A program made the position numbers and the translations under genes. This document shows positions 47,354-56,945 of a DNA stretch of 64,000 nucleotides, piece after piece; the first letter of the stretch is position 1; every line of letters starts with the position of its first letter. The notes under the pieces were generated by a model that was given only the letters and a program-made list of their open reading frames with translations, ran no database searches and was not told where the DNA came from. Source of the DNA: an uncultured Gemmatimonadales bacterium (GTDB lineage: Bacteria > Gemmatimonadota > Gemmatimonadetes > Gemmatimonadales > GWC2-71-9); assembly GCA_963695555.1 (NCBI GenBank), contig CAVOGR010000001.1:352001-416000 (forward strand). Reading direction: 5' to 3'.

Positions 47354-49993
47354 CTAGAAATAGTGGCGGACGATGCGGCCCAGGAGACGATGGAGCGGGG
47401 TCGGGCGAACGCCGGCCCGGCGGTTTGCCGCCGCAATCCGGAAGATGATCCGCCACTGCTCGAACAGGGTGCCGTAGGCGCTCCAGAAGCTGTTCTTCGG
47501 ATCGTAGATGTTGGTGGCCTCGGAGGTGACGCCGTTCAGCTCGATGATCTTCAGGTTCCGGCCCGCCTGGAAGTCCTCGGCCGAGGGCACCCGGACGTCG
47601 TAGCGGCCCACGTAGAATCCCTGGTACCCGCGGCTCACCCTATCGATCACGTCGAGAAGCTCCGGTGTGGCGAGCGCCGTGCCGTCCGAGAACCGCGCTC
47701 CCTGGCAGTGATTGCCCAGGTCGCCAAGGGGTATCTCTTGGCCGGCCGCCGGGATGTCATCCAGCCGCGCCTCGTGGCGCCTGAGGAAGAGACTGGCCTG
47801 ACACACGGCCTGGTCGTCGTCCAGGATCAGCTCCTCGAGAGTGCGCACTCCGTCTCCCGCGACGGACTGCAGCCGCTTCCCAGTAATGGCAAAGATCTGC
47901 CCGCGCTCCTGACCAGGCTCGCGATAATAGAAGACCCCGTACTCCTCGCCCGTTACATACTCTTGCAGCAAGACGTCCCGCTTGGCTCCTGCCAGATATT
48001 CCTCGAGCTCGGCGTCGCTTCGAATCACCTCGACCCCGTCACCCCGCTCCCCCACGTCGGGCTTCAAGAGCACCGGGTACGGCAGACCCTCACGGCGCAG
48101 GAACTCGCGCGCCGTCGCCAGCCGCTCACCCAGCGACTGGGCAATCGGGAGGAACTCGGTCTTGGGCAACATGTGCTCGGCATGCGCCAACCCCCGTTGA
48201 ATGCCGATCTTGGATTCGCCCACCACACCGCCGTCGGGTAGCGCCGGGTTGGCTGCGGTGAACAGCGTGAGCGAGCGATGCCGGATGCCGAGCCAGATGA
48301 CGTAGGCCAGAGCGGGCAGGTAGAACAGCCAGGGCGGCCAGAATTCCCATCGAGCGATCCGGCGCCATGTGCCCACCAGCCGCCGCCGACCGTGATGGGT
48401 GAGGAGTCGGAGACCGACGCGGATGGCGACGAACAAGAGGATGGCGAATCCCAAGACCCAGGGCCAGGTCGGTCCGGGGAGGGGCTCGAGGATCTTGGTG
48501 GCTTCGATACCGAAGACGGCACTGGCGCCGACTAAGAGCGGCACCCACAGCGCGACAGCCAAGAGCAGCCAGGCGGCGAACACGAGGAACCGCATCCGGA
48601 GCACGCCGGCCGCGATGTAGGTGACCACCCGGGTTCCCGGAGTGAACCGGCTCAGGAAAATGATGGCTGCCCCGCGGCGCTCGAACCACCGGCGGCTCCG
48701 CTCGATGGTTGTCGGCTTGACGACCCACTTGAGCGGCGCGTGGCCCAGCGCCGGTCGGCCCAGGAACCGGCCGGCAAAATAGATCCCGAGATCTCCGACG
48801 AAGATGCCCGCCATCACGGCCAGAGTGGCCGGCAGGAACGTGATGCTTCCCCGCGCTACCAGGAGCCCCGCCCCGATTCCGGTGAGGTCCTCACTGGCCA
48901 TTGTCGCGCAGGCCAAGAGAAACAGCACGACCAGGAGCGAGAACCCCTGCGCCCCTGGTACGGATCGCGGGTTGAACGGTCTGGCTGCCTCGTGGATTCG
49001 GTCGGGGTTGGCCGTGGCACGTGCGGTGGCCGTTCCGTTGTCCACGCTGGCCACGAATTCCAGGATTGGACCCGCCACCACCTCCGGCTGCATGAAGGTC
49101 ATGAAATGATCACTCCGGATCATGGCGAGTTGGGACTGCGGTACGATGCGATGGTGTTCGCGCGCCGCGGCAGGCGGCACCAATATGTCGTTGTCCCCGT
49201 GAATGATCAGCACCGGTTCCTGCAGTTGCTCGAGGATCTGGCGCAGGGGGCGCTGGTCGGTGTCGTAGAAGTTGCGCGCGTAGGCAGTGTTCAGCCCCAT
49301 CCGGTCGAGCCGTCCGAAGTGCGGAATCCCCTCTTGCACCAAGCTGATGACCCCGAGCTGGAGCGCGTGCACGGCGTGGTTCAGGGTGTAGTCGCCGAGG
49401 AGTTCGAGCTCTTGGACACCGATCGACGACAAGAGCGTGAGCGAGCGCACTCGGTCGGGCGCGAGGCGGCTCAACTCGAGTCCCACGCCGCCCCCCATGC
49501 TGAACCCGACGACATGTACCTGGCCCACGCCGAGCGAGTCGAGGAACTGGAGCACGTAGCGGGCATGCGCCAGAATCGAATAGTCGGGAATCCAGAGATT
49601 CGATCCGCCAAAGCCCGGAAGGTCTGGAGCGAGGACTCGGTGGTCGGCGGCGAGCACATCGCCGAGCCGGCGTACCGAGCGACTGTCGCCCGGACTGCCG
49701 TGCAACAGCAGGATCGGTGGCAACGGTTTAGAGTCGTCCCGCGCGCGTGTGTCGCGGTAGGCCATGCGGACCGGACGTGGCAGAGTCTGCTCGCCATCGA
49801 CGGTGTTGACGTACAGATACGGCAGACCCTGCCACGGGACTTCATCGACGGGATACGCCAATCGCACGGCATGAGAGGCCACCAGGAGCAGGACGTATGC
49901 TCCAAGGAGCCAGGCACCCCAGCGAAGGCGCCGGGGATTCCCGTGCCCCGCGGCCGCCGCCGTGGAGCCAGCGCTGGTCGTCGTCGTGCTCAC
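47354..49993 (-). CDS. Fusion protein: alpha/beta hydrolase + DedA/VTT membrane domain + ATP-grasp ligase
   Basis: HGSPG, GFSMGG, GDND, DH; SEDL...GD...SRFTPGTR; KPDVGERG, LLQEYV, GNHCQG, GRYD, IELNG. Confidence 0.85.
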   Translation of the reverse strand: MSTTTTSAGSTAAAAGHGNPRRLRWGAWLLGAYVLLLVASHAVRLAYPVDEVPWQGLPYLYVNTVDGEQTLPRPVRMAYRDTRARDDSKPLPPILLLHGSPGDSRSVRRLGDVLAADHRVLAPDLPGFGGSNLWIPDYSILAHARYVLQFLDSLGVGQVHVVGFSMGGGVGLELSRLAPDRVRSLTLLSSIGVQELELLGDYTLNHAVHALQLGVISLVQEGIPHFGRLDRMGLNTAYARNFYDTDQRPLRQILEQLQEPVLIIHGDNDILVPPAAAREHHRIVPQSQLAMIRSDHFMTFMQPEVVAGPILEFVASVDNGTATARATANPDRIHEAARPFNPRSVPGAQGFSLLVVLFLLACATMASEDLTGIGAGLLVARGSITFLPATLAVMAGIFVGDLGIYFAGRFLGRPALGHAPLKWVVKPTTIERSRRWFERRGAAIIFLSRFTPGTRVVTYIAAGVLRMRFLVFAAWLLLAVALWVPLLVGASAVFGIEATKILEPLPGPTWPWVLGFAILLFVAIRVGLRLLTHHGRRRLVGTWRRIARWEFWPPWLFYLPALAYVIWLGIRHRSLTLFTAANPALPDGGVVGESKIGIQRGLAHAEHMLPKTEFLPIAQSLGERLATAREFLRREGLPYPVLLKPDVGERGDGVEVIRSDAELEEYLAGAKRDVLLQEYVTGEEYGVFYYREPGQERGQIFAITGKRLQSVAGDGVRTLEELILDDDQAVCQASLFLRRHEARLDDIPAAGQEIPLGDLGNHCQGARFSDGTALATPELLDVIDRVSRGYQGFYVGRYDVRVPSAEDFQAGRNLKIIELNGVTSEATNIYDPKNSFWSAYGTLFEQWRIIFRIAAANRRAGVRPTPLHRLLGRIVRHYF

Positions 49994-50000
49994 CGGTCGG

Positions 50001-50741
50001 CTAGGATGTCGGGGAAGGAGCGACCCGGCCCAAGGTCACAGGATGCTCGGCCGGCGCCGTGCAGGGCGGTCCGGGTGTGTAGCGGAAGCGGATCGTATCA
50101 GGACCGACCTCGATCCGGCTCAGGCTCTGCGTCGCGGCGTCGGGGCGGTGCATGCAGATCGAGACACTCGACCGTTCGGGCTCGTGGCTCGAATGCAAGC
50201 GCTCGAGGAGTGCGGCGCTCAGCGGTTCCTCGGCCAGGGCCCGTGCCTCAACGGCCAACCGCGATGCAACCACACGTTCCTGATCCACGGCCGAGCTGGT
50301 CAGGAGCAGTCCCGCCTTTGGTGAAGACGCGCAGGTGAGGCTCTCACGGTCCCACGCCAGCATGAGCGGTGCCGATTCGGGTTCGAAGATCCCGAGAGTG
50401 AATGGTTCGTAGCGCTCGAGGGCGAGGCGTTCCACCGCCGTGTCGACGGCTTGCTGGGTCGGTAGGTCGAGCAGCGATAGCACCAACAATCCGCGGCTCA
50501 CCCGGTCCGATGGTGGTGGCGTAGGCGTCGAGCCGTAACGGTTGGCCAGGCACGCCGTGATGCCGAACGCGTTGACGCCGATCCAGGTGCCGCCGGCCTC
50601 GCCATCCGTCGGCGCCACAAACCGCACGCCGGAGCGCTCATGCCGCCGGGGCGAGAGTGCCGGCTTTCGCGTGACGCGCTCGTCCCGGTTGAACCAGACG
50701 GAGTAGCCCGCCTCCTGAGGGAGCCACGACAGCGTGCACAC
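50001..50741 (-). CDS. NRDE/TANGO2 family protein (Ntn-hydrolase-like, N-terminal Cys)
   Basis: (M)CTL...FNRDE...GGTWIGVN...SRG; GTG start overlaps the DinB stop. Confidence 0.88.
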   Translation of the reverse strand: MCTLSWLPQEAGYSVWFNRDERVTRKPALSPRRHERSGVRFVAPTDGEAGGTWIGVNAFGITACLANRYGSTPTPPPSDRVSRGLLVLSLLDLPTQQAVDTAVERLALERYEPFTLGIFEPESAPLMLAWDRESLTCASSPKAGLLLTSSAVDQERVVASRLAVEARALAEEPLSAALLERLHSSHEPERSSVSICMHRPDAATQSLSRIEVGPDTIRFRYTPGPPCTAPAEHPVTLGRVAPSPTS

Positions 50742-51265
50742 TATGTGGTGAGCTGACGGTGGACCAGGGTGGATGGGGCGACACCGAAGCTCGCGTGCAA
50801 TTCGATCCCGCCCGCCCGGGCCAGCAGGTTGATTAGCGCGTAATGATGCACCGTGTGGCTCAGCAGGAAGGCCAATTCCCGCCGGACGGTGCAGGGCGCC
50901 CATTCCGGCGGTTGGTGAACCTGGCTCGTGGTGCGGGTGTTGACCGCGATCGTCCGATCCAGCCGGTCGGGAGAAATCTCTGTCAGTTCCCGAACCGTCG
51001 CCTCCGCCCGAGCTCGCGCCGTCGCGATGTTCGTTTCGGTCGCAGGGTCACGTTCCCGGGCGTCGTAGTCGACCCGGCCCGACTCGAGTCCGGAAAAGAA
51101 CGCCTGGTAATGATCCAGGATGTGGCGGTAGTGCGAGCCGATCGATCCGGTCCCGTCCGGGAAGGCGGGCCGTGCGTACAACTCGGCGCCCAGCCGCCCC
51201 AACGCGGCGATGCCCTGCCGCACGATCTCGACGTTGTCGTGGATGGGTGCTATGCGTGCTGCCAT
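50741..51265 (-). CDS. DinB family protein
   Basis: SIGSHYRHILDH, VDYDARERD, RELAFLLSHTVHH. Confidence 0.85.
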   Translation of the reverse strand: MAARIAPIHDNVEIVRQGIAALGRLGAELYARPAFPDGTGSIGSHYRHILDHYQAFFSGLESGRVDYDARERDPATETNIATARARAEATVRELTEISPDRLDRTIAVNTRTTSQVHQPPEWAPCTVRRELAFLLSHTVHHYALINLLARAGGIELHASFGVAPSTLVHRQLTT

Positions 51266-52083
51266 TGCGACTCCTCGCTCACCGCGGGCGTGACGGGGTG
51301 TGTGAGCGCGCGGTGGAGCTTCTCGGCTAACGCCTTCCGATCCCGCTCCACGATCGGGTAGGCCCCGAAGGTAACCGTGGCCTGAAAACCGGGAAGCCGG
51401 CACAACTCCGCGAAGTGCGGTCCAAATTCCATGTCTCCCCACCAACACACGGCCAGGTGCGCGGGCGGCGCGTCCGAGGGCGTCCGGTACGACACGCGTG
51501 CGTGGTGCACCGGGTAGCCGTGGCGCGCAGCCACCTCCAAGAGGGCCGGCTTGAGGGGGCGCACCTGCCGGCCGTCCGTGCTGGTGCCCTCCGGGAACAG
51601 AATCACCCCGTCACCCCGCGCCAGCGCCTCCTGGATTTGATCCGATACCCGGAGCGCATCCCGACGGCGTTCGCGATCGACGAAGATGGTCCGCATGGCA
51701 CCAGCGAAGATGCCCCACATGGGCCACGAACGGACCTCGCGTTTGGCCACGAACACACCGGGAACGACGCTCGCCAGGAGGATAATGTCTACATACGATA
51801 CATGGTTGGTAACCAAAATGAATGGCGCATCGGCCGGAGGCGCCCCCTCGAGTACACAGCGCATTCCAAGCAGGTGCGCAACCCCGCCGGCCCACCGGCG
51901 AAACGAGGCCAGCCGCCAGCGCCTGCGCGCCTCCACCGCCGGCAACAGCACGAGCGTGCCCCCGCCCCACAGTATGAACGAGAACGCGGTCCATCCCGCG
52001 ATGCCTGCCAGGCGGGCCACCTGGCGAATCCGTCCCCCATGCACGGCCACGACACCCGCGCTGGTCTCACCCGAAGAAGACAC
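51250..52083 (-). CDS. Lysophospholipid / lyso-aminolipid O-acyltransferase (PlsC/OlsA-like)
   Basis: NHVSYVD, FVAKREV..WP, FVDR, FPEGTS, WWGDM. Confidence 0.88.
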   Translation of the reverse strand: MSSSGETSAGVVAVHGGRIRQVARLAGIAGWTAFSFILWGGGTLVLLPAVEARRRWRLASFRRWAGGVAHLLGMRCVLEGAPPADAPFILVTNHVSYVDIILLASVVPGVFVAKREVRSWPMWGIFAGAMRTIFVDRERRRDALRVSDQIQEALARGDGVILFPEGTSTDGRQVRPLKPALLEVAARHGYPVHHARVSYRTPSDAPPAHLAVCWWGDMEFGPHFAELCRLPGFQATVTFGAYPIVERDRKALAEKLHRALTHPVTPAVSEESQWQHA

Positions 52084-52915
52084 GGTAGATCCGCTCGTCG
52101 AGGGCCTGGATGTCCAGCAGCACCAGATAATCGATGGTCTGGAAGCGCCGGTCGATGGCCGGTGGCCCGCAGACGCGCGCGCCGAGGTTCAAGTAGCTCT
52201 GGAACAAGGCCGGGATATGCACCTCCGGCCGCGGACCATCGCGAGTGGGATCAGGCGGGCATTCGAGCCCGTCGAGCGGTGTCACGCGGCAATCGGCATC
52301 CGCGTGCCCTTCCGCGCGCAGGAACTGATAGACCCGGTGTCCGAGATCGAGATCTTGCGACGTGAGCGAGCAGCAGCCGAAGAGATACCGCTTGTGATTC
52401 CATGTGAGGTACTGCGCCAACCCTCGCCACAAGAGCTGGAGGACTCGGCCGTTGCGGTGCGCCTTGGCGACGCATGCGCGACCGATCTCGACGGCGTCTT
52501 CGAGGATGTCGGCGGGGATGCCGCCGAGGTCGAATTCTCCCGCCGAATAGAAGCCTCCCATGGCGGCAGCCATCTGCGCTGTCTGCATGCGGTAGGTACC
52601 TACGATCGCGCCGGTGGGCTTGTGGGTGATAGCCAGATGATGGAACCGTGCATCCAACTCGTCCTCGTCCCTGCCCGTGTGGTACGATTCGGCGAACCCT
52701 TCATCCAATTCGAGATTGAACACCTCGAACCGCAGTTTGAGTATGGCCTCCAGTTCCTCCGGCGATTGGGCAAACCGGAGGGTGTACCCGCCACTAGCGT
52801 GCTCCGAGGTCGGCAGCGCCTTCTGGGCGACCGGGTATCCGGCCACACCGATGTTCACTGCCGGATCCTGACGGCGGTGCGGACTGGATTGCACGGGGAT
52901 TCGCGGTTGGGTCAT
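52067..52915 (-). CDS. GNAT N-acyltransferase, OlsB-like (Acetyltransf_5)
   Basis: LRFEVFNLEL, DEDELD, VGTYR, FYSAGEF, EIGRACV..HR, FGCCS, YLNLGA, PAIDRRF..D. Confidence 0.88.
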   Translation of the reverse strand: MTQPRIPVQSSPHRRQDPAVNIGVAGYPVAQKALPTSEHASGGYTLRFAQSPEELEAILKLRFEVFNLELDEGFAESYHTGRDEDELDARFHHLAITHKPTGAIVGTYRMQTAQMAAAMGGFYSAGEFDLGGIPADILEDAVEIGRACVAKAHRNGRVLQLLWRGLAQYLTWNHKRYLFGCCSLTSQDLDLGHRVYQFLRAEGHADADCRVTPLDGLECPPDPTRDGPRPEVHIPALFQSYLNLGARVCGPPAIDRRFQTIDYLVLLDIQALDERIYRVFFG

Positions 52916-53673
52916 GAGATTCGCCGATAGGAGGAACGGTCGGCGAACAAGAAGAGCTGGCCGTCGTGACGTTCGAGCCGCCCGGTCACCTCTACCGGCT
53001 CGGCGATGAGGTCGAGCAATGCCTTTCCCGACGGCCGGCCCTGGGCGTCGGCCAGCAACAGGTAGGCAACGACCCCGGCGGAACCGCGCACCACCAACAT
53101 CGGCGGGACACCACCGCTGACACAGCGGACGGCACAGGCACGATGTGGCGTCCAGGTCGCCGGGTTCATGACGCCGAGGAAACACTTGCTGTCGACGATC
53201 TCACCCTGGAGGGTCACCGTGCCGAGGACCTCCGGCTCGGGCCGCGAACCAACGGGGCTATCCTCAGGCCTGCCGGGCGCGACCGACCCCGCGGCCACCT
53301 CGATCATGGTTTGATCGTCGCGATAGATGAGTGAGCCCGCGAGTTCGGCCGGCCGGCCGTCGAGGTCGTGGACGAGCGCGTCGGCGCCGTGCTTACCCGG
53401 CGCGACGAGGTGATAGCGGGATACCGATTTGCCGGGCCGTTCGACCAGGAGCGCGGGGTAGGGGCTCGTCGCGATCAGGCCCTGAAATGCACGCGTCTGA
53501 CCGAATTCGAACGTGGCAGCGTCGAAGCCCTGCTGGCTCCCCGCCACGAGCAATGCGGCGCAGGCCCCGATCACCGCCAGGAAAGCAGTCCACCGGCCGA
53601 CGAATCGAGCGATCCCGGCAGGTGCGCGATCCGCGTATCCGATATAGAACTCATTTTGCGGATGATGGCTCAT
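52912..53673 (-). CDS. Membrane-anchored hypothetical protein with C/H cluster
   Basis: EFYIGY, one TM, GEIVDSKCFLGVM...HRACAVRCVSGGVPP. Confidence 0.7.
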   Translation of the reverse strand: MSHHPQNEFYIGYADRAPAGIARFVGRWTAFLAVIGACAALLVAGSQQGFDAATFEFGQTRAFQGLIATSPYPALLVERPGKSVSRYHLVAPGKHGADALVHDLDGRPAELAGSLIYRDDQTMIEVAAGSVAPGRPEDSPVGSRPEPEVLGTVTLQGEIVDSKCFLGVMNPATWTPHRACAVRCVSGGVPPMLVVRGSAGVVAYLLLADAQGRPSGKALLDLIAEPVEVTGRLERHDGQLFLFADRSSYRRIS

Positions 53674-54710
53674 GACTTGGGGAACGTTGCCGGCACGACA
53701 GGAGTTCCGGGCGGATTGGGATGAGGGTCGACGAGCACGCGTTGGCCAATCACTCGCACGTTGAACGTGGGAATCCGCTCCGTGAAGGGCGGGGGCGACT
53801 GGCCCGACTCAGGATAGTACTGATACCCGTGCCAGGGGCAGGTGATGCAACCGTCGATGATTCTGCCCTCCCCGAGGGGCCCGTTCTGGTGCTGGCACAC
53901 GTTGGAGACACAGGAAATCTTACCGTCGGTGCGGAACACCGCTACCCGCTCTCCACCAATTGCGAACACCCGCGCCCGATTCTCCGGAATCTCGCCTGCC
54001 GCGCAGACATCGACATAGCCATCGGACGTTATTGACCTGATATCGCGATCGACCCGCCGCTCTCGGACTGCGGCGGCCAGGTGGAGCCCCACCACCCCAA
54101 CCATGCCGACTCCGAGGAGCAGCGCGAGCACGGGTTGGGCCTCGGCTTGCAGGGCTCCGAACGCCACGTGACCGACCACCAACGCGTACGCTACGTACAC
54201 CAGCATGTGCAGGGCTTTCCAGACCGGCGCCGTCAGGTTGGCCAGCCAAAAATCGTGACTCGTCGCCGCCAAGAGGAATAGGATGCCGAGCGCTGCCAAG
54301 CCGAGCGGTTGGAACGGGAAGCGGGTGAGTGCGGCGTACTCGCCGTCGCCGGTGAGGACGCTCACCAGTGGATGGACGTCGCCCAGGGCATGGAACTGGA
54401 TGATGGCGAACAGGCCGTGTGCGAGGGCAAACGAGAATGTCGTGACACCGAGATGGCGGCGGTTGTAGAGCAGCGGAAGAAACCGGGGGTCGAGCCGGCT
54501 GAGTGGCCCGATGACGACGATAACGTGCAGCAGCACGATGGCCACCAATCCGAGCCCGCGGATCAGGATGGTCTCTAGAGTGGCGTCCGGCTGGAACGCG
54601 ACGGTGGCCGCGGCAAAGGTGCCGAGCACGGTGACGGCGCCGGCGAGGACGATGGCGTCGTAGATCCGCTTTTGACGGGTCCACCCGACCGCCCGGTAGC
54701 GTTCACTCAT
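53670..54710 (-). CDS. Ferric reductase-like transmembrane domain fused to Rieske [2Fe-2S] domain
   Basis: RRHLG, WKALH..VY heme-ligand helices; CQHQ...CPWHG Rieske motif. Confidence 0.88.
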   Translation of the reverse strand: MSERYRAVGWTRQKRIYDAIVLAGAVTVLGTFAAATVAFQPDATLETILIRGLGLVAIVLLHVIVVIGPLSRLDPRFLPLLYNRRHLGVTTFSFALAHGLFAIIQFHALGDVHPLVSVLTGDGEYAALTRFPFQPLGLAALGILFLLAATSHDFWLANLTAPVWKALHMLVYVAYALVVGHVAFGALQAEAQPVLALLLGVGMVGVVGLHLAAAVRERRVDRDIRSITSDGYVDVCAAGEIPENRARVFAIGGERVAVFRTDGKISCVSNVCQHQNGPLGEGRIIDGCITCPWHGYQYYPESGQSPPPFTERIPTFNVRVIGQRVLVDPHPNPPGTPVVPATFPKS

Positions 54711-55209
54711 CGGATGGCCCCGGGCGGGGTTCAGAGACGGTCAACGCGCCGAGCACCGTGCCATGCGCCACACTATAAAGGACGAGACTGCCCTGGGTTG
54801 CCACCGCTTGGGACGGTAGCTCGAGGCGCTGGGCGCCAGCGTTCCCGATGGTGCCCAGGAAGACCGCATCCCGTGGCAGCGTTTCGGGTGCCGCACCGGT
54901 ACGGGCTGTCCAATAGACCGCGACATCCGGCTCGCGGAGTGCCTCGGTGAGTGTGAGCTCGACGCCGAGGCGCGACCGCAGCGAGTCGGACGTGAGCATG
55001 CGGAGGTGGATGTGCAGATCGACCAACTCCGCTTCGGTGCCCGCGATGGCGGTCCACGTGCTGAGGCTGGGTTGGTTGAGCACCCGAGGTACCCGATCGA
55101 CAATGGGGGCGCGCCGCTTGACGCCGATCGCCGCCACCAGCGCGAGGGGCAGGATCACGGCGAGCATCGCAAAGATCCAGAGATGGCGCCGCCGATGGGA
55201 TCGGATCAC
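54703..55209 (-). CDS. Membrane-anchored hypothetical protein
   Basis: GTG overlapping the upstream stop; HRRRHLWIF TM; PDVAVYW, LYSVAH. Confidence 0.65.
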   Translation of the reverse strand: MIRSHRRRHLWIFAMLAVILPLALVAAIGVKRRAPIVDRVPRVLNQPSLSTWTAIAGTEAELVDLHIHLRMLTSDSLRSRLGVELTLTEALREPDVAVYWTARTGAAPETLPRDAVFLGTIGNAGAQRLELPSQAVATQGSLVLYSVAHGTVLGALTVSEPRPGPSDE

Positions 55210-55484
55210 GGTGCGGTCTCGATCGAGTTGCCTGTCGTGGGGCGTTGATGGGCGGTGCGCTGGCTGGGTGGTTGCCTGCGGCCGCCGACCCACCGGCTGA
55301 GCAAGAGCGGCCAGAGCGCGATCGTGCCGGGGATGATCAGGATGCGGAATCCGATGGTGCCGGACCGGGCGACCGGATCGATGCGCCCGACCCCTCGGAT
55401 GACGAAGGGAATCGCGAAGATGACGCCCGCGATGGCGTAGAGGGACAGCGCCCAGACGAGTCCAGTGGCGATCGGTTGGGACAT
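55206..55484 (-). CDS. Small two-TM hypothetical protein
   Basis: YAIAGVIFAIPFV..GV.RIDP.A...GFRILIIPG..ALWP. Confidence 0.7.
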   Translation of the reverse strand: MSQPIATGLVWALSLYAIAGVIFAIPFVIRGVGRIDPVARSGTIGFRILIIPGTIALWPLLLSRWVGGRRQPPSQRTAHQRPTTGNSIETAP

Positions 55485-55570
55485 TCGCGGCCGGGGGCTG
55501 GGCGGAAAGCGAAAAGGACCGAGTTCGTGGCCCGGTCCTTCCCGTGCACGTGCGTGCCTTCCTTTCGCTA

Positions 55571-55644
<74 letters not shown>

Positions 55645-55651
55645 CAAAAAC

Positions 55652-55716
55652 ACGGTAGGACGATACGGTGGCAGGACGGCGCCTACTTACCGTCTTACCG
55701 CCCTACCGTCCTACCT
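55652..55716. repeat. Octamer-unit inverted repeat (ACGGTAGG)/(CCTACCGT) between tRNAs
   Basis: ACGGTAGGACG...TTACCGTCTTACCGCCCTACCGTCCTACC. Confidence 0.5.
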
Positions 55717-55721
55717 GTCAA

Positions 55722-55795
55722 TAGCGGGGGTGGGATTTGAACCCACGACCTCCGGGTTATGAGCCCGGCGAGCTACCAGACTGCTCCACCCCGCG
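55722..55795 (-). tRNA. Initiator tRNA-fMet(CAT)
   Basis: Unpaired C1, GGG/CCC in the anticodon stem, loop CTCATAA. Confidence 0.93.
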
Positions 55796-55811
55796 ATGAT
55801 TCCGATGCGAG

Positions 55812-55884
55812 AGCGGGAAACGGGACTCGAACCCGCGACCCCAACCTTGGCAAGGTTGTGCTCTACCAACTGAGCTATTCCCGC
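55812..55884 (-). tRNA. tRNA-Gly(GCC)
   Basis: GCGGGAA...CAACC-TTGCCAA-GGTTG...TTCCCGCT. Confidence 0.95.
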
Positions 55885-55971
55885 ATTATCGCGGCCTGGA
55901 TTCTAGCCCATTGCCCCAGGCCGGCGCAACCGCTGATCGTGGCCCGGGCACCCGGCTCCGGGCCGCTGGAG

Positions 55972-56044
55972 TGGAGGCGAGGGGGATCGAACCCCTGACC
56001 TCGTGAATGCCATTCACGCGCTCTCCCAACTGAGCTACGCCCCC
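55972..56044 (-). tRNA. tRNA-Ala(GGC)
   Basis: GGGGGCG...CGTGA-ATGGCAT-TCACG...CGCCTCCA with G3:U70. Confidence 0.95.
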
Positions 56045-56173
56045 CAGTATGTTGCCGCGCCACAATAAGTTGCGCCGCGGCAGACGGGGAAGCTAGCGGT
56101 GGCTTCCAAGAGTGTCAAGCAGACTTCCACCGCTCTCTTTACACCCTCTCGGGCGCGGTCTACCTTGCAAATC

Positions 56174-56935
56174 GTGCAACAGCTTCTGGCCGTCCGGGGC
56201 GCCGGGGTGGGTGGAGCAATCGAGCGAGTCGGCCGCGCCGCGATTGACTCCCTTCGGGCCCTGACCGATGTCCGAACGTGGGCCCCGCTGGTCGTCCCCC
56301 AGATGCGACGATTGGGGGTCGACTCGGTCCCCATCGCCATCTTCATTGCCGTCTTCACCGGCATCGTGTTGGCGCTGCTCTCCTCGTACACCTTCACGGG
56401 GGCAGTGCCGCTCTACTTCGTGGGTTCCCTGGTCGGCAAGACGATCATGATGGAGTTGGGACCCGTGCTCACGGGCATGGCGCTCGCCGGCCGGGTGGGG
56501 GCCAACATCGCTGCCGAAATCGGGACCATGCGGGTGACGGAGCAGGTCGATGCCCTGGAGACGCTCGCCTATGATACCAATGCGTTCCTCATCGTCCCGC
56601 GGGTCCTGGCCGGCGGCATCATGTTTCCCGTAGTCACGGCGTTCGCCGTGGCCATCGGCGTCACCTCGGGGTGGATCACCGCCGTCAATCTCCTCGACCT
56701 GTCGACACCGCAGTTCCTCAAGGGCCTGCGGCTCTTTTACGAGTTCAAAGACATCTGGTTCGGGCTGGTGAAGGCGGGAAGCTTCGGCCTGGCCGTGACA
56801 CTCATGGGCTGCCTGCAGGGATTGCGCGCCACCGGTGGAGCCCAGGGTGTGGGTCGCGCCGCTACTCGCGCCGTGGTCCTTGGCTGCGAGTCCATCCTGG
56901 TGCTCGACGCCTTCTGGGCGATCGTCCTGCTCTGA
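56174..56935 (+). CDS. mlaE: MlaE family ABC permease (start uncertain; ORF open from 56099)
   Basis: ELGPVLT...AGRVGA..AAEIGTMRVTEQVDAL; GGAQGVGRA. Confidence 0.9.
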   Translation: MQQLLAVRGAGVGGAIERVGRAAIDSLRALTDVRTWAPLVVPQMRRLGVDSVPIAIFIAVFTGIVLALLSSYTFTGAVPLYFVGSLVGKTIMMELGPVLTGMALAGRVGANIAAEIGTMRVTEQVDALETLAYDTNAFLIVPRVLAGGIMFPVVTAFAVAIGVTSGWITAVNLLDLSTPQFLKGLRLFYEFKDIWFGLVKAGSFGLAVTLMGCLQGLRATGGAQGVGRAATRAVVLGCESILVLDAFWAIVLL

Positions 56936-56945
56936 TGCGCCGGCC

